Assembly: GCF_009914755.1 (NCBI RefSeq)
Contig: NC_060940.1
From: the human T2T-CHM13v2.0 reference genome, Homo sapiens
Reading direction: 5' to 3' (one strand)
Length of the DNA stretch: 64,000 nt
Shown: positions 28,281-43,745 of the stretch, in pieces
How the letters are laid out: each line of letters starts with the position of its first letter
How positions within the stretch are numbered: the first letter of the stretch is position 1
Position numbers and translations under genes: made by a program
Notes under the pieces: model-generated
What the model was told of the DNA's origin: nothing
The model's input: the letters and a program-made list of their open reading frames with translations, nothing else
Database searches by the model: none

Positions 28281-30073
28281 AGTATCTGCCATATAAATAG
28301 TGACCCCCACATAGCACTTAACAACATAGTCATAATTGATATTCACACTTCCGAAGGAAAAACTTGCCAACAAGGAGCAGAAATTGTTTCTTCTCTTCAC
28401 CTCTTAAAATGAACAACATGGCGATGGTGACAGTTAATTCTAAAGTAACTTTATTTGCTCTAAATTGTGTGCTTCTGCCAGAGGAACTTTCTATATACTT
28501 TCAAAGTACCTACAGGATAAAATAAATTCAAAAAATTAAATTGCCCTATGTTAAGTATCTGCAAATTAATAAGAAAAAAATGAAAAGACCACAGCATTAA
28601 TTCTACTCTGACACCGTTTCTGAATCATTCTTGGGATAGATATTTTCTCCAGGGGTTAAGTAAGTAGGAGAGAATGAATGAAAAGCTGTAGTATACTAGA
28701 TAATTTGGAATAATAAATTTAAATTTTCAGTGAACATGAACTATTCCAATTAAGTTGTACATTTAATCATCTGCATCCTTTCTTAAAATAAAATATTTAA
28801 GCCTCTTTCCTCCAAAAAAGTCAGTTTTCCTCAGAAACCCACTGAAGCCTGAACGGTGAAATATGAGGAGGCACTCAGTCATGAATTCTACCAGACAGAG
28901 AGACAAATAATCCCACATAGTTTCATTTAATCAACTAAACCCATTTTAGAAATGTTGGGTTGGGGCACTAAGTCAAGCTGGAGATTACACATGTCAGCAG
29001 AGTTAATGGCCTTTCTCTTTTGAGAAATTGCCATGGGGACAGAATTACATTTAAACTTGTGGCTGGGTTAAGTAAGAAAGTATTTAATTTAGCATATACC
29101 ATATTACCCAAGTGCACATTGAAATAATCAATTCATCAATCAACCTTTTATTGAGCACCTATTAAGTGTCAGAAGGAATGCTAGGCTTAGAGGCCCACAG
29201 GGAAGCATCAGTAAATTAAGAGAATTAAATGCTAGGATATGATGCACATGACTCACTGACTAGTTAGCAAAGGCTGATTCACTCCCATTGCCTAAAGCTT
29301 TCCAAAAAAAATGCCCATAAAAAAATGTGACTCTTTCAAATTTACAACACTGATAGATATGCAAATTGTTCAAATATCTTTGAGGAAATTACCATGAGTT
29401 ACACTGTAAAGAGGCTCAACTGAGAAGAAACCTGAGGTTGACTTTGTACAGATCCATGGTCCATCAACTAAAGAGTCAATCAATAAACTAGTCCCAACTT
29501 ACACACTCTTCTCCTCTCTTGTTTCATTATGAAAACTACTAACCTAAGTGCTAGAAGTGAAGGGGCTGAAGATTGGAGGCTACATTCTGCAATATAAAGT
29601 CATATAGATTTGCAGATAGAAAGGGAGCAGAAGGTAATGGAAAAGATGTAAGAAATTCTGGGAACTGCGTTTCCTCATATATTCTTTCAGTTGGAGAACA
29701 ACTAAGAACAGCTTTAAATTATAGTTTTTAAAAATCACCTTCGTTCATTCATGAGTTCTATCAGGCAGAAATAATAGCTATACCACCTATGCATCATCAA
29801 TTAGAAGAACCAGAGTAGATTTTTGCTAAAGCCCAAAAGAGCCTCACCTGACTTTGCCTGGGAAATCTAAATGACAAGATACGCTTTAACTGAGCATCTG
29901 AGAAATATATTCTAAAGACCTAGATGTTTATAAGGGCGGACATAAGGGAGAAACACACCTGTAAGTCAAACAGGGAACAAACAATTTCGCAAGTTAAGCA
30001 CATATACATGTTTCATTCAATAGATGAAAAGAGATCTAACACCTAAGATTTAGCTTGAAAAGTCACATTTTTC

Positions 30074-30474
<401 letters not shown>

Positions 30475-30568
30475 TCATAGGCAAGTACATATATTTTAAA
30501 GACAATACTTCAATTGTACTTTTTAAAGCCCTTGCTCTCATAGAACATAAGTTTTGGGTCTTGAAGGA

Positions 30569-30929
30569 TGGTTATGGTTTGGCTCTGTGTCCCTACCCGA
30601 ATCTCATCTCAAATTGTAATCCCCATCTGTCAAGGGAGGGACCTGGTGGGGGGTGATTTGATCATGGGGGCATTTTTCCCCTTTGCTGTTCTGATATGAG
30701 TGAGTTCTCACGAGATCTGATGGTTATAAAGTGTGGCAGATCCCTCCTCGCCCCCTCTGTCTCATGCTTTCTAAGACAGGCTTGCTTCCCCTTGGTTTTC
30801 CGCCATGATTGTAAGTTTCCTGAGGCTTCCCCAGCCACGTGGAACTGTGAGTCAGTTAAACCTCTTTCCTTGATAAATTACCCAGTCTCAGATGGTATCT
30901 TTATAGCAGTGTGAAAATGGACTAATACA
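30569..30929 (+). mobile_element. THE1D-like solo LTR
   Basis: TGGTTATGGTTTGGCTCTGTGTCCC ... GTGAAAATGGACTAATACA; flanks AAGGA/AATGA. Confidence 0.9.
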
Positions 30930-32259
30930 AATGAGTGGCCCTCTGTTCAGAGAAAAAGGTGTGAAAATACATACCAAGATTAAACAACATCTAAAAAGAA
31001 ACTGATTCTTAAACAAAAACGGCATTAAACAAAGAAACAACAACAAAACCACACAGGTCAGAATGCCAGGAGTTAGATCTGTGTGATGGGAGGTAGTAAG
31101 AAATACAGTGACCAGATAAGTATAGAGTAGAGGCCAATTCAGAGCCTTAGAATTTAAGTTGCAAAATCTGGTTCTTTCAGGCCAGGAGAAACCACTGATG
31201 CTCTGGCCATTGTCTTCTTGGATTTCTGAACAAAGGGGTTTCTTTTGAATCTTGCCACATGACCTAGAAACAAAACTAAAAGTTGAGTAGACTGTTGTCA
31301 AGAGAGGTGATGAGGTGTACTCAAAGCCATACAATGAGTTACTGATTTTATTGCCATGGGAAAATCCTTGTAACATTTCTACAATATGCTTAATCATTCT
31401 TGAACTATTTCTGCTACAAAAGCATCTGAAACAGTGAAAAAGTCTGTGTGATTTTTTTGTATTTTATGCAAATATATTTTTCTTTTTCTTTTCTTTTTTT
31501 TAATAAAATCTGTTACCATCTGTCCTTTTTAAAAAATGTGCTGCAAAAAAGAAAAAAAAGTTTGGATAAGCACCTGGTTATTTGTATCAATTATTGAGCA
31601 CTTTGGATGTTTTCCATGGATAATCCTAGAAATAGATCATTCTCTAAAGGTTTTTCAATTATATTGTTTATCAACACAGAGTTTCTCATACATATTCTCT
31701 GTGAAAAGACAAGGATTAAATATATGAATTAGGCTAGAGTCTGAGACCTGGAGGAGCTGTAGACAAGCCGCATAGGTTTAACAAGAACCTGAGTTTGAAT
31801 TTGGTCCTTGCCACTAATTGATTATGAGAACTTTGGGTATGATGAATGTCAGCTTTTCACCTAAACGCCCCAGCTCAGCCAGACTCCCCAGTTTCTTCAC
31901 TGGTATTTATAGATTCGTATATAATAAAAACTACACACTTATAGAAAGTTGGGTTAGAATTAGAGCTTTTCCATAGGAATGAGCTAAGCATTATATGGCA
32001 TAATATGTGTAAAATGCCTTATCCAGTACCTGGAACAGCATGTGTGGTTATAAATGCTTATTCGCATCTCTTGTCATTATGCCTCAACTCCAGTCTCTTG
32101 CTAAACTAAGAGCTACTTGTGGACAAGGCATTCATCTTTGTATATGCCTGTATCACAAAGCACATTATCGTGTGCATTGGAATTGCTCAATAACTGGTTA
32201 TCTATGTAGTAGCTCTTTCAGCCTCAATTCTCTTGTGTGTAAAGTCAGAATGGAAAACA

Positions 32260-32518
32260 TTTTTTTTTTGAAACTGAATTCTTGCTCTGTTGCCCAGTGG
32301 TGCAATTCTCCTGCCTTAGCCACCACCCCCTACCCCCACCAAGTAGCTGGGACTACAGGCATGCACCAATATACCTGGCTAATTTTTTTTGTATTTTAGG
32401 TAGAAATGGAGTTTTGCCATGTTGTCCAGACTGTTCTTGAACTCCTGGCCTCAAGTGATCCGCCTGCCTCAGCCTCTCAAAATGCTGGGATTACAGGCAT
32501 GTGCCACCATGACCAGCC
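32260..32518 (-). mobile_element. Old Alu (AluJ-like), internally deleted
   Basis: Poly-T then antisense Alu motifs (GTAGCTGGGACTACAGGCATG; CTCAAGTGATCCGCCTGCCTCAGCC); part of the right arm missing. Confidence 0.85.
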
Positions 32519-33952
32519 GGCATGGAAAAGAACATTCTTTCAAAACTTGAACTGGGAATTTCATGTGATAATGCTTAGACATATGAAACACTCATGTTAA
32601 ACATTCAATAAATGTTAACCTTGATATAATATAGACGCACCATAGGCCGTAGTTAAAAACTTAGAAGCTAGATTGTCAAACACTAGATGTACGGTTTTGA
32701 ACAAACCCTTTGAATGATTTGTGCTTCCATTTCTTAACTGAAAATAGGGGGTGATAATAATATCTATATGACAAGATTGTTCGATTTATTATTCAATTAA
32801 TTAACACAAGCAAGCACTTAGAATAATATCTGATGTACAGTAGGCACTATTTAATATTCCCAATTTTATTACAATCAACTCTCCCATCAAAGATGAATAA
32901 ATGAGATATCAAAATGCAAACAATCCATTCTTGTTTTGCCTATTGTTTCAGACTCTACAATGGAGGGAGAGAGAGATGTTTCTTTAGGGCTGGCTGCTTC
33001 AATCACCAGATGTTACTCTGTTAGAAAGATGTCTGGTGCCACTTGCTATGAGCACTTGATAACCCCAGAAGATGTTTGCCTTCTGCTGCCTTGGGCTTTT
33101 GCAACTGTTCAAATCTCACTTCTCCCTTCCCTTCCGCTCTTCCTTGTCAGTTGTCGCCTTTGGATTCCAAACTGAAGCCAACGTCAGTCACTTTAGCAAA
33201 CTCGAGTGCTGCTGTGGGCTGTTCTTTGAACCCCTTCCAGCAAGCTCATGGTGTTCATCTGTGCAGAGAGAGGGAGTCTGTGCAAAGAATTCTCCGCACT
33301 TGAGAGCTTCCAAGCATTTCCCTCGTGTCTTTGTACATCTCTATTCCAAATTCCTATGTCAGAAAATTGACATTGTCTGAATTTTGAGTAAAATGTAACT
33401 TTTGGTGTACCGTGTTTCTTTAAGGGTAAAATATTTCAAATCTTAGTGCAGGATATTTTGTCTCAGTGATACCAAAGTAGGCTTAATCCTGTGTTTTATT
33501 TTGGCAGGATTCCTCACTCATCTTATGCTGTTTGAGATATGTTTCAGGGTTTTCTATCTTTTCACAGACACCTACTTTAGAGCTAGTTCTAGCCTCCACT
33601 ACTTTCTAGCTATGGGCTGGTTTTTTTTAGGACTAATTGATTCATAAATTCAACAAATATTTATTCAATGACAAATATGGCTCAAAACACTTTGATTTTG
33701 TGCACTATTGCATCCCCATTACTTAAATATATTTCCTGTGCTTTCAAGGAGCCTATATTTCAGTGAGAATAGATAGACACTAATCAGTATGCACACAAAT
33801 AAATGTGTAAGCATAAATTAAGTTCATCAAGAATATGAACACAGGCTCTGAAAGCAGAGAATAAGCCTGCCTACACGTGAGAATGGTAGAGAAGACAGCC
33901 TGATGAAGTTATATTCCAGGAGAAATCTAAAATCTAAAAGAATCATAAAAAT

Positions 33953-34293
<341 letters not shown>

Positions 34294-34572
34294 TCATAAA
34301 AGTATGAAACTTAAAAGCTGACAATGAATTTAGTATGAGAGTGAAAGTTCGCCAGACAGAGGAGATGTGGAAATTCACAAAAATACACTTGCTGGAAGGA
34401 ATATGGCCTATCTCAGGATTTGGTAGGTCAGTGAAAAAAGACCAATAATATATCAATGAAATGGAACATCATGAAGGTCAAGTTTGAAGGATGGAGCCTG
34501 TCTGGCCAACTCGATTTCAGACTAATAAAAATGGCTCTATAATTCCTGTTAGATTACCAGTTCCTGTTGTGA

Positions 34573-34899
<327 letters not shown>

Positions 34900-35224
34900 C
34901 CTGTTGTGAATTTTTTTAAGCCTTGGAACCTTGAGGAAAGAAGAGAGTTGTTTCTTAAGACCACCCAAATTCTCCAGCATTGTTTTTCTCTGTGCCTCCA
35001 TCTCTCCTCACCCGGGATCCCCTCTAAGATAAACTGCTACTGGTTCAGAATTTCTAAAGCATGTTTTATACTATTTCCTGGTTCAATGGATGCTGTTTAT
35101 ATTGTTGTAGTTATGCTAAACTGTTTCTAGTCTGGCCCCAATCAAATCTTATTAATCTCTTGAGTTGATATTTGAAGGCACTTTGCTTGAAATAGCTGCC
35201 TTATTCTCTCTAAAATATTCCATT

Positions 35225-35383
35225 CCATCAACAGAGTGGAGACAATCTGTCAAATGGGAGAAAATATTTGCAAACTATTTACATGGCAAGGGACTAATAT
35301 CAAGAATATACAGGGAACACATACAATTTGACAGAAAAAAAAAACTTAAAATGTGGGCAAACCAAATAACCAAATCAATCCTA

Positions 35384-35418
<35 letters not shown>

Positions 35419-37850
35419 CCAGAGGTATAATATTATGACTTTAAATATACTGTAAAGTTATGGTAACCAAAACAGCATGGTAGAGGTGTAAAAACAGACA
35501 CATAGAGCAATGGAACAAACAGAGCAGAGAACCCAGAAATAAAGAAACAAAGTCACATACCTACAACCATCTGATCTTCAACAAAGTCAGCAAAAATAAT
35601 CAATGGGGAAAAAAGACTCTCTACTCAATAGATAGCCAGCTGGAACAGCTGGCTAGTCCTATGCAGAAGAATGAAGCTGGACCACTACTTTCACTATATG
35701 TAAAAATTAACTCAAGATGGATTAAATATTTAAATGTAAGACTTCAGACTATAAGAATCTGAGAAAAAAAAAAAAAAACCTAGGAAACACCATTCTGGAC
35801 ATTGGCCTTGGGAAACGTTTTATGAATAAGTCCCTGAAAGCAATTGCAAAGAAAACAAAGTTCAACAAGTGGGACGTAATTAAACTAAAAGAAACTATGC
35901 ACAGCACAGCAAAACTATCAACAGGATAAACAGATAACCTATAGAATGGGAAAAAAAATTCCAAACTGCATTCAACAAAGGCCTAATGTCCAGAATTTAT
36001 AAGGAATTTAAATAATTCAACAAGCAAAAAACAACCCCATTGAAGAATGTGCAAAAAACATGAACTGCTGCGTCTCAAAACAAAACCCACAAGCAGCCAA
36101 CAAACATATGAAAAAATGATCCACATCACTAATTTGCAGAGAAACGCATATCAAAATGACAATGACGTACCATCTCACACTACTCAGAGTGGCTATTATC
36201 AAACAGTCAAAAAACAAAAGATGATGGCAAGACTATGGACACAAGGGAACACTTACGTACTGTCAGCGGGAATGTAATTTAGTCCAACCACTGTAGAAAG
36301 AAGTTTGAAGATGTCTCAAATAACTTAAAACAGAACTACCATTTGACCCAGCAATCCTATTATTGGGTATATACCCAGAGGAATATAAATTGTTCTACCA
36401 AAAAGACATATGCATTCCTATGTTCATCGCAACACTATTTACAATAGCAAAGACATGGAATCAACCTAGGTGCCCATCAACAGTGGATTGTATATAGAAA
36501 TTGTGGTACCTCTACCCCATGAAGTACTATGGAGTCATAAAAACATGAAATCATTTTCTTTGCAGCAACATGGATAGAGCTAGAGGCCATTACTTTAAGT
36601 AAATTAACAAACGAAACAGAAAACTAAATACTGCTTGTCTCACTTATAAGTGGGAGCTAAACATTGAGTACATATGGACATAAAGATAACAACAATTCAC
36701 ACCACAGACTCTGAAAGTGTGGAGGGAGGAAGGAGGGCAAGCATTGAATAACTATTGGGTTCTATGCTCAGTATCTGGGTGAAGGGATCATTTGTACCTC
36801 AAGCCTCAGCATGATACAATATACCCCTGTAATAAACCTGCATATGTCCCCCTGAATTTAACATAAAAGTTCAAATTATTTTTAAAAAGTGGGCAAAGGA
36901 CATATTTAGACATTGCTCAAAAGCAGATATACCAATGACCAATAAATCTGTGAAATAACGCTCTCAACATCACTAATTCTCAGTTAAATGCAAATCAAAG
37001 CCACAGTGAGATATATTATTTTACCCCAGGTAGAATGACTATTATTAAAAAGACAAAAAATAACAGATGCTGGTGAATATGTGGAGAAAAGGGAATGCTG
37101 ATACACTGTGGGAATGTAAATTAATATGGCCACTATGGAAAACAGTATGGAGATTTCTCATAAAACTAAATATAGATCTATAATCTCACTACTGGGTATT
37201 TATCCAAAGGAAAATAAATTACATCAAAGGGAAATCTGCACTGTCATGTGTATTGCAGCACTATTTAGAAGAGCAAAGATAGGAGATTAACTTGTGTCCA
37301 TCAACAGACAAATGTATAATAACAAGGTGATAAATGGTCACAATGGGATACTATTCAATTATAAAAAGAATGAAATCAATTCATTTGTAGCAATATGTTG
37401 GATGAAACTCGAAGTCAGTATGTTAAGTAAAATAAGCCTGGCACAGAAAGACCATATTACATGTTCTCACTTTTATGTGTGAGCTAAAAAAGTTGGTCTC
37501 ATAGAGGTAGTGAGTAGAATGATGAATGCCAGAGGCTGGGGAGGGTGTGTGTTAGGGGGAGGCAGGGATAAAGAAAGGCCTGGTTAATGGGTACAAACAT
37601 ATGGTTAGATAGAAGGAACAAGTTCTAATGTTCCATAGAGTCGTTGACTATATTAACAATAATGTATATTTCAAAATAGGTAGAAAAAAGGATTTGAAAT
37701 GTTCTCGGCACATTGAAATGATAAATGCCTGAGTTTGTGAATACCCCAAATGCCTTGACATGATCATTACATAGTTTATGCATGTAACAAAATATCACGA
37801 GTCACATAAATATATTAAAATACTTGTATCTATAAAATATTACAAAAGAA
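35225..37850 (+). mobile_element. L1MA-type 3' portion (outer element: ~35225-35361 and ~36898-37850)
   Basis: ORF2 C-terminal remnant (WEKIFANY..KGLISRIYRE) resuming after the insert at GTGGGCAAAGGACAT; L1MA-style 3'UTR. Confidence 0.85.
35362..36883 (+). mobile_element. L1PB-type 5'-truncated L1 nested in the L1MA
   Basis: ORF2 3' remnant and 3'UTR; TSD AAAATGTGGGCAAA (35348-35361) / AAAAAGTGGGCAAA (36884-36897). Confidence 0.88.
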
Positions 37851-38484
37851 ATAAATTTTAAAAACATTTAGTCCCAACACAGTTACCAAACCTCCTATAC
37901 TGAAATCCAGAATCTTTGGGGATTATGAGTTTTCCCAGTAATCATATGTTTTAGGTCTTGGTCAGGCTTGGTCAAGGCTCAGTGCTTCCTCAAGTATCTA
38001 ACAGTGGATTTAGAAAAGTCTTTAGAAATACCACAAAAGGGAATAAATGCCCCACATGTAAGAACTATTTATTTCAATCATTTTAAGTAAACCAAACAGG
38101 CCATTTGAATTAAGTACTTTTGACACCAATAACATTATATAGAAACAATTTATACTTGAACTTTAATGATCAAACCAGAAAACAAGGTGTAGTATCCCAT
38201 TTCTTTCACCAGGTCTCTGTTATAAAGCAGGATATTTCCCACAGCTGACAATATCCTTGGATTACGGGTTTTCTAAAGCCTAAAATGTCATCTGTATTGG
38301 CAAAAGCTTCTCTAAAGTAATCCTGATTATTTCTGCATCCCCCAACATCTTATTGAAGTCCCCCCCATCAAGTTTAATCTTAGCCCTTCAGAAGGAAGAG
38401 CCACCCACAGCAAAAATATTTACCAATGGACTTGAATCCACGTGTTCACAGCCCTATTGTCGTTAAATATAGAGAAATGGAAAT

Positions 38485-38679
38485 GTAGTTTCTTAGCAGC
38501 TTGAACTACCATAACAAAATGCCATACACTGCATAGTTTACACAACAGAAATTTATTTTCTCACAGTTCTGAAACTTACAAATTCTAGATCAAGGTGCTA
38601 GCATTGTTGGTTTCTGAAATGGCTCTCTTGCCGATTTGTAAATGACCACCGTCTTTCTATGTCCTCACAAGACATGCAC

Positions 38680-38710
<31 letters not shown>

Positions 38711-38888
38711 AACATGCAAGCACTCTGGTGTTTCTTCTTATAAGGGCATTAGTCTCATTATGAGGACCCCACCTTCATGATCTCATCTAAAATTAATTAT
38801 CTCCCAAAGACCCTATCTCCAAATACCATCACGATGGGGTTCAGGGCTTCAAAATAGGAACTTGGGGTGGAGGGCTCAGTCCATAACA
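38485..38888 (-). mobile_element. MLT1A-type solo LTR with (GA)n
   Basis: CATAACAAAATGCCATACACTG ... CAACAGAAATTTATTTTCTCACAGTTCTG ... TCAGTCCATAACA. Confidence 0.85.
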
Positions 38889-41800
38889 GGTAGGGATTGG
38901 GATAACTTCCATTTTCAGTAGTTTCAACAATAACAGTCATTGAACAGTTACTGTATTATTTATAACTCCATGGAAACTGATCCCAATAATGCTTTTATGT
39001 GTATTCAGGAAGTCTTTTTGACTTTATGCTGACCCACAGAGGGCTGGATCTCCAGCCTGTAGCATTTGGTCAGCCCCAGAGATATGAATAACTCCTTCCT
39101 TCTTCCTGAATTTCAACACGTACATGACCTCTGGCTTTTATTATATTTACCCTTATAGGATATGTGATTACATTTCCCTGAGATAGAATTGAGTATATAT
39201 TCGTAGCTAAAAGTTACATTTGCGTTGCCTAAAACAGGCTTACACTTACATCTAAACCACCTTAATAATTTTAATTAGTTAAAAAATGCCAAATATCAGG
39301 TACACAAAATATCAGCAGTAAGACATATTCAGGTAGGTGAGAATTTTTCAAGATCTTTTTTTTTTTTTAATCTCATGACACTTGTCCTCAGCAGGAGCTT
39401 GGTGCATGTTTGCTGATGGATACATATCATGTGACAACACCACAGGTGATGGAAATTGGCTCATTCCAAAAACAGGGGACAAGGGCAGGGGGCGGGGTGG
39501 AGGAAGGCTGAGTTCAGTTTCAATATGATACACTTTAAAGTGATTTTTCCCCCTCACTGAAATGCTTGGTTCTTCAGATGAGTTCACTAATCTCTTAAGA
39601 TGGGGCGGTGTGGACCATATCTTAGCACAGCATTGAGATATTTAATAAATTATCATAGAATAAATGCATAAACTCTCAATGCTGTCCGCCACTCATACCC
39701 TCACATACACACAAAGCAGTAAAGATAGAAATGCTATTCACATTTTTTTCTATTTTATTATTCTCAGAAACAGACACAGAATATGTTTTCCCCAGCTGTA
39801 GCATGGTATTGGACACTGGTGTCTATAAAAGAGAAGAATTAAATGCACATTTTAAATTAAAATTCCTTTTAAATATTTATTCGAAAGTCAAGCCATTAGG
39901 CAGTTAAAATAATAGTCTGTGATTCCAGATGCTGATGTGAGTTAACAAGTAAGCATGTTAGTGCTTTATTACACTAACGTTTAATGAGCTTCCATTCTGT
40001 GCCTGGCCCTCCGCATGGTTCTGAGATTTTAAAGATGAACAAGGTACAGGCTGGGCCCTCAAGATGCTCATAATCTAACTGGGAAGATAAATATACAAAT
40101 ATATACATCATAGTACATGTTTTTGTGATCAACAATATCCATATTAAAGACATGGTCTGTGACTCCAAAAAGAAAAATAAGAGAAAACTGGGGTTATCAG
40201 GTATAGAGACCACAGACTGAAATTCAAACGATGGAAAAAACTTGCCAAGCAAAGCCTCTCACAAATATATTCACATTACAGTGCTTATTTTCATATAACC
40301 CACTAAGTTCAAGTATAATTTCAAAAAAAAATTTTAAATGATTTTAGACTTATGGAAGAGTTTTTAAATTGCACTTAGACTTCCTACATAACTTTCATCC
40401 AGCTTCTTAAATATAAATATCTCACCTAGTCAGAGTATAATTATCAAAAACAAGGTTAACATTGATATAATTATATTAACTAATACATAGATCTTACTAG
40501 AATTCATAGGATCCAGGTTGGGCTTCTCAGTCTAATCCCTCATTTGGCTACAGCAATTAGTTTTGTCACGGCTCAATGCCTTATAATAGGCCAATGATAA
40601 TTAAGCATTTTAATTTAATTTATTGGGAAATAAAAGATTCTTTTCTGCTAGAATTTCTAGGTATAGAATGACTTAATCTTGGAACTACGAGGGGAGAAGG
40701 ATTTCAATATCAGAGATGGCCAGAGAAATAGAGAGAGATTCTGAATTCCATGATCACGTTCAAGGTACAACTGAAGATAGAGATCTATTCCTGAATATTT
40801 AGTTACATGACTAAACAAATCACTTTTCTGTTTAGACCACTTTCAGTTTGGTTTTCTGTTACATGCTAAATAAAAATACAGATGTTTATGACTAATATAC
40901 ATGCACAAGCAATTTCTTTTATATAAGAGCACTTTAAGTGACATGTGTATATAATTACTTATATAATTTCTACAGGAAACAAAGCTCTAAACAAATTGTA
41001 GAAAATGAATCTGTGCACTAAACGTGCTAACTAATTTGTCAAAGGCAAATTTTTTCTTTTTTTTCAATTAAAAAAAAGTCTTGCTGTCTTCAAGAGCTAC
41101 TTTCTTATAGGAAGAAAATCTAATCTATTTCACTGATTAATGAGACAGTGTATACATAGCACCCAGTACAGTGGTCTAGATTTTGTGCTAGACATTATGC
41201 CAGACCATTAATGAATGTCATCACTCCTTTCTTTTCCAGAATTCACAGGACATTCTCACCGTTGTTACCAAAGATTGTTCATTGAGAATAGAATCTAAGG
41301 TAGGTGGAGAAATTATATTGTGACTCTTGGTGAGTTCCTCAACTGCCCCTCTCACTCCCTCCTTTGGTGAAAATGGTGACTTACTGTGTGCCAGGAGATT
41401 GAAATTATCCTATTATATTCAGAATTTAAATAAAATTTGATATAAAAATTGCTGTGATTATTTTTTGTTCTCATCTTTGAATGCTGCAGCCAGGCTGAAA
41501 GCCCATGTGCCAAGTTTTCTGCCTGGAGGAAGATTGTGTGGCTGAGTTATAAATACATTGATGGATCCAGCTGGAACTGTCTCTTGTAATTTAATATGCA
41601 AAGAAATAATCTGAGTCATAGATGAAGACAAGCAGTTCCTTTTAGATAAGAGTGCTCTCTAAGTTTGGCTATGCAGATGACTTTCAAGAGACTTCTTCCA
41701 AAGAAGAACAAGAAATGGTCTCAGGACAAGTGGGGCAAAGCTTTGACCTTGAATCTAGCATTCAATTGCCTGTCCCGTCGTTCTTCCAAACATCAGCAAA

Positions 41801-42216
41801 GTGGCTTATGCCATCTAAATTCTCCTTCAGTAGGTTTTACATAAAAAGTCTGTTTTCCAATGTTGGAAACAAAATGGATTTTAATTTCTATAAAGTACAC
41901 TTTTTAATATTCCTTCAAATTAAATAATATGTATGGGTAACTACTATGAATGAGATAACACGCTGAGCAGTGGAGGAGCAGGAAGACTAAGAAATAAAAA
42001 TTGCAATTGGACCCTGCTCCTCGAAGTATAATGTTGAAATCATAATTTAACACATAGCCAGTTGAAATAGCTCTTAAAATATGCCTTTATTTTTTAAAAT
42101 TTATAATATGATAATGCTATCATGTCAATAATAACATTAATAACTATTTAACAATTAATAATGATGCTATTAGTACTTTCTCAATAATAAGTGATTTCAT
42201 TTGATAACATATGGAG

Positions 42217-42548
42217 ACTGTTTCAGTTAACTATTGTTATCTAACAAGCCACTCCACAACTTAGTGGCTACGAACAGCAATTATTTATCATAAGTATGTG
42301 AAGTGGTTAAGAGATTCTCCACTATTTTTACCTGGATTCCTTCTTGCATTGCATTTATCAGCAGGATTGGCTGTCCTAGAAGCTGCCAGATCCTCTCATT
42401 TGCACGTCTGGTAGTTTGAGCTGACTGTCTGCTGAGGCAGCTCCATTCTCCTCCACATGACCTCTCATTCTCCAGCAGACTAGATCAGTTTCCTCAAATG
42501 GCAGGCCCAGGGAAGTATTCCAAGAGGGTGAAAATGGAGCTTGCAAAG
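42217..42548 (-). mobile_element. MLT1 (G/H-type) LTR fragment
   Basis: TGTTTCAGTTAACTATTG ... CAACTTAGTGGCT ... CTCCACATGACCTCTCATTCTCCAGCAGACTAG. Confidence 0.7.
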
Positions 42549-42550
42549 TG

Positions 42551-43392
42551 TATTTTGAAGTCAGGGAGTGTGACACCCCCTAGCTTTGTTATTTTTGCTC
42601 AGAATTATTTTGACTATTTGGGGTCTTTTGTGTTTCCATATGAATTGTAGGATTATTTTTTTCTAATTCTGTGAAGAATGTCATTGGTAATTTGATAGGA
42701 ATTTCATCAAATCTGTAAATTGCTTTGGGAAGAATTGTCATTTTAACAATATTAATTCTACCAATCATGATCATGGAATCTTTTCATGGTTCTGTGCTCT
42801 CTTCAAATTATTGCATCGCTGTTTTATAGCTTTTCTTGTACAGATCTTTCACCTTTCTGGTTAAACTAATTCCTAGATATTTCATCTTTTTGACTCTATT
42901 ATAAATGGGGTTGCTTTTTTGATTTCTTCTTCAGATTGTTCACTGTTGGCATGTCCAAATGCAACTGTTTTTTGTGTATTGATCTTGTATCCTGCAACTT
43001 TACTGATTTTTTTAATCAGTTCTAATAGTTTTTGGTAAAGTCTTTAAGTTTTTCTAAATATAAGATCATATCATCTGAAAACAGGGATAATGTAACTTCT
43101 TTCTTTTCAATTTGGATGCTCCTTATTTTTTATTCTCTTGCCTAATTGCTCTGACTAAGACTTCCAGTATTATGTCAAACAAAAGTAAAACTAGGCATCC
43201 TTGTCTTGTTCCAGATCTTAGAGGAAAGGCTTTCATTTTATTTTCTTGTTCAGCATGGTGTTAGTTGTGGGGTTGTCATATATGGCCTCTTTTTTTTGAA
43301 GTATGTTCCTTCTATCCCAGTTTGTGGAGGAATTATTTTTTATCATGAATGGATGATTAATTTTATTAAATGCTTTTTCAGCATCTGTTGAA
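42551..43392 (-). mobile_element. L1 ORF2 (reverse transcriptase region) fragment
   Basis: ORF 42589-42774 [35 protein letters not shown] is L1 ORF2; right end reads DAEKAFNKI on the minus strand. Confidence 0.92.
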
Positions 43393-43745
43393 GACAGAGA
43401 GCAGATTGTTGGTTACCAGAAGTTAGGAAGGGTTGGGGTATGGGATAAAGAGAGGTTGATTAATGAGCACCAATACACAGATAGATAGAGGAAATAAGAC
43501 CGAGTGTCTGATAGATCAGTAGGGTGACTACAGTTAACAATAATCTACTGCACCTTTCAAAATAGCTGGAAGAATAATTCAAATATTCCTAGCATAAAGA
43601 AAATATAAATATTTAAGGTGATGGATATTTCCAGTCACTCTGCTTTGATATTTACAATTCATATGAATGTATCAAAATATCACATGTACCCTCCAGATAT
43701 GTATATGTATTATATATCACCTTAAAATTTAAAAAAAAATCCTGA
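43393..43745 (+). mobile_element. L1MA-type 3'UTR with A tail, opposite orientation to adjoining ORF2 piece
   Basis: GACAGAGAGCAGATTGTTGGTTACCAGA ... GATCAGTAGGGTGACTACAG ... AAATATCACATGTACCC ... A-run. Confidence 0.88.

Noticed and set aside
30888-31397. 169-aa minus-strand ORF
   Set aside because: No recognisable homology or coding-like composition; ends inside a THE1 LTR.
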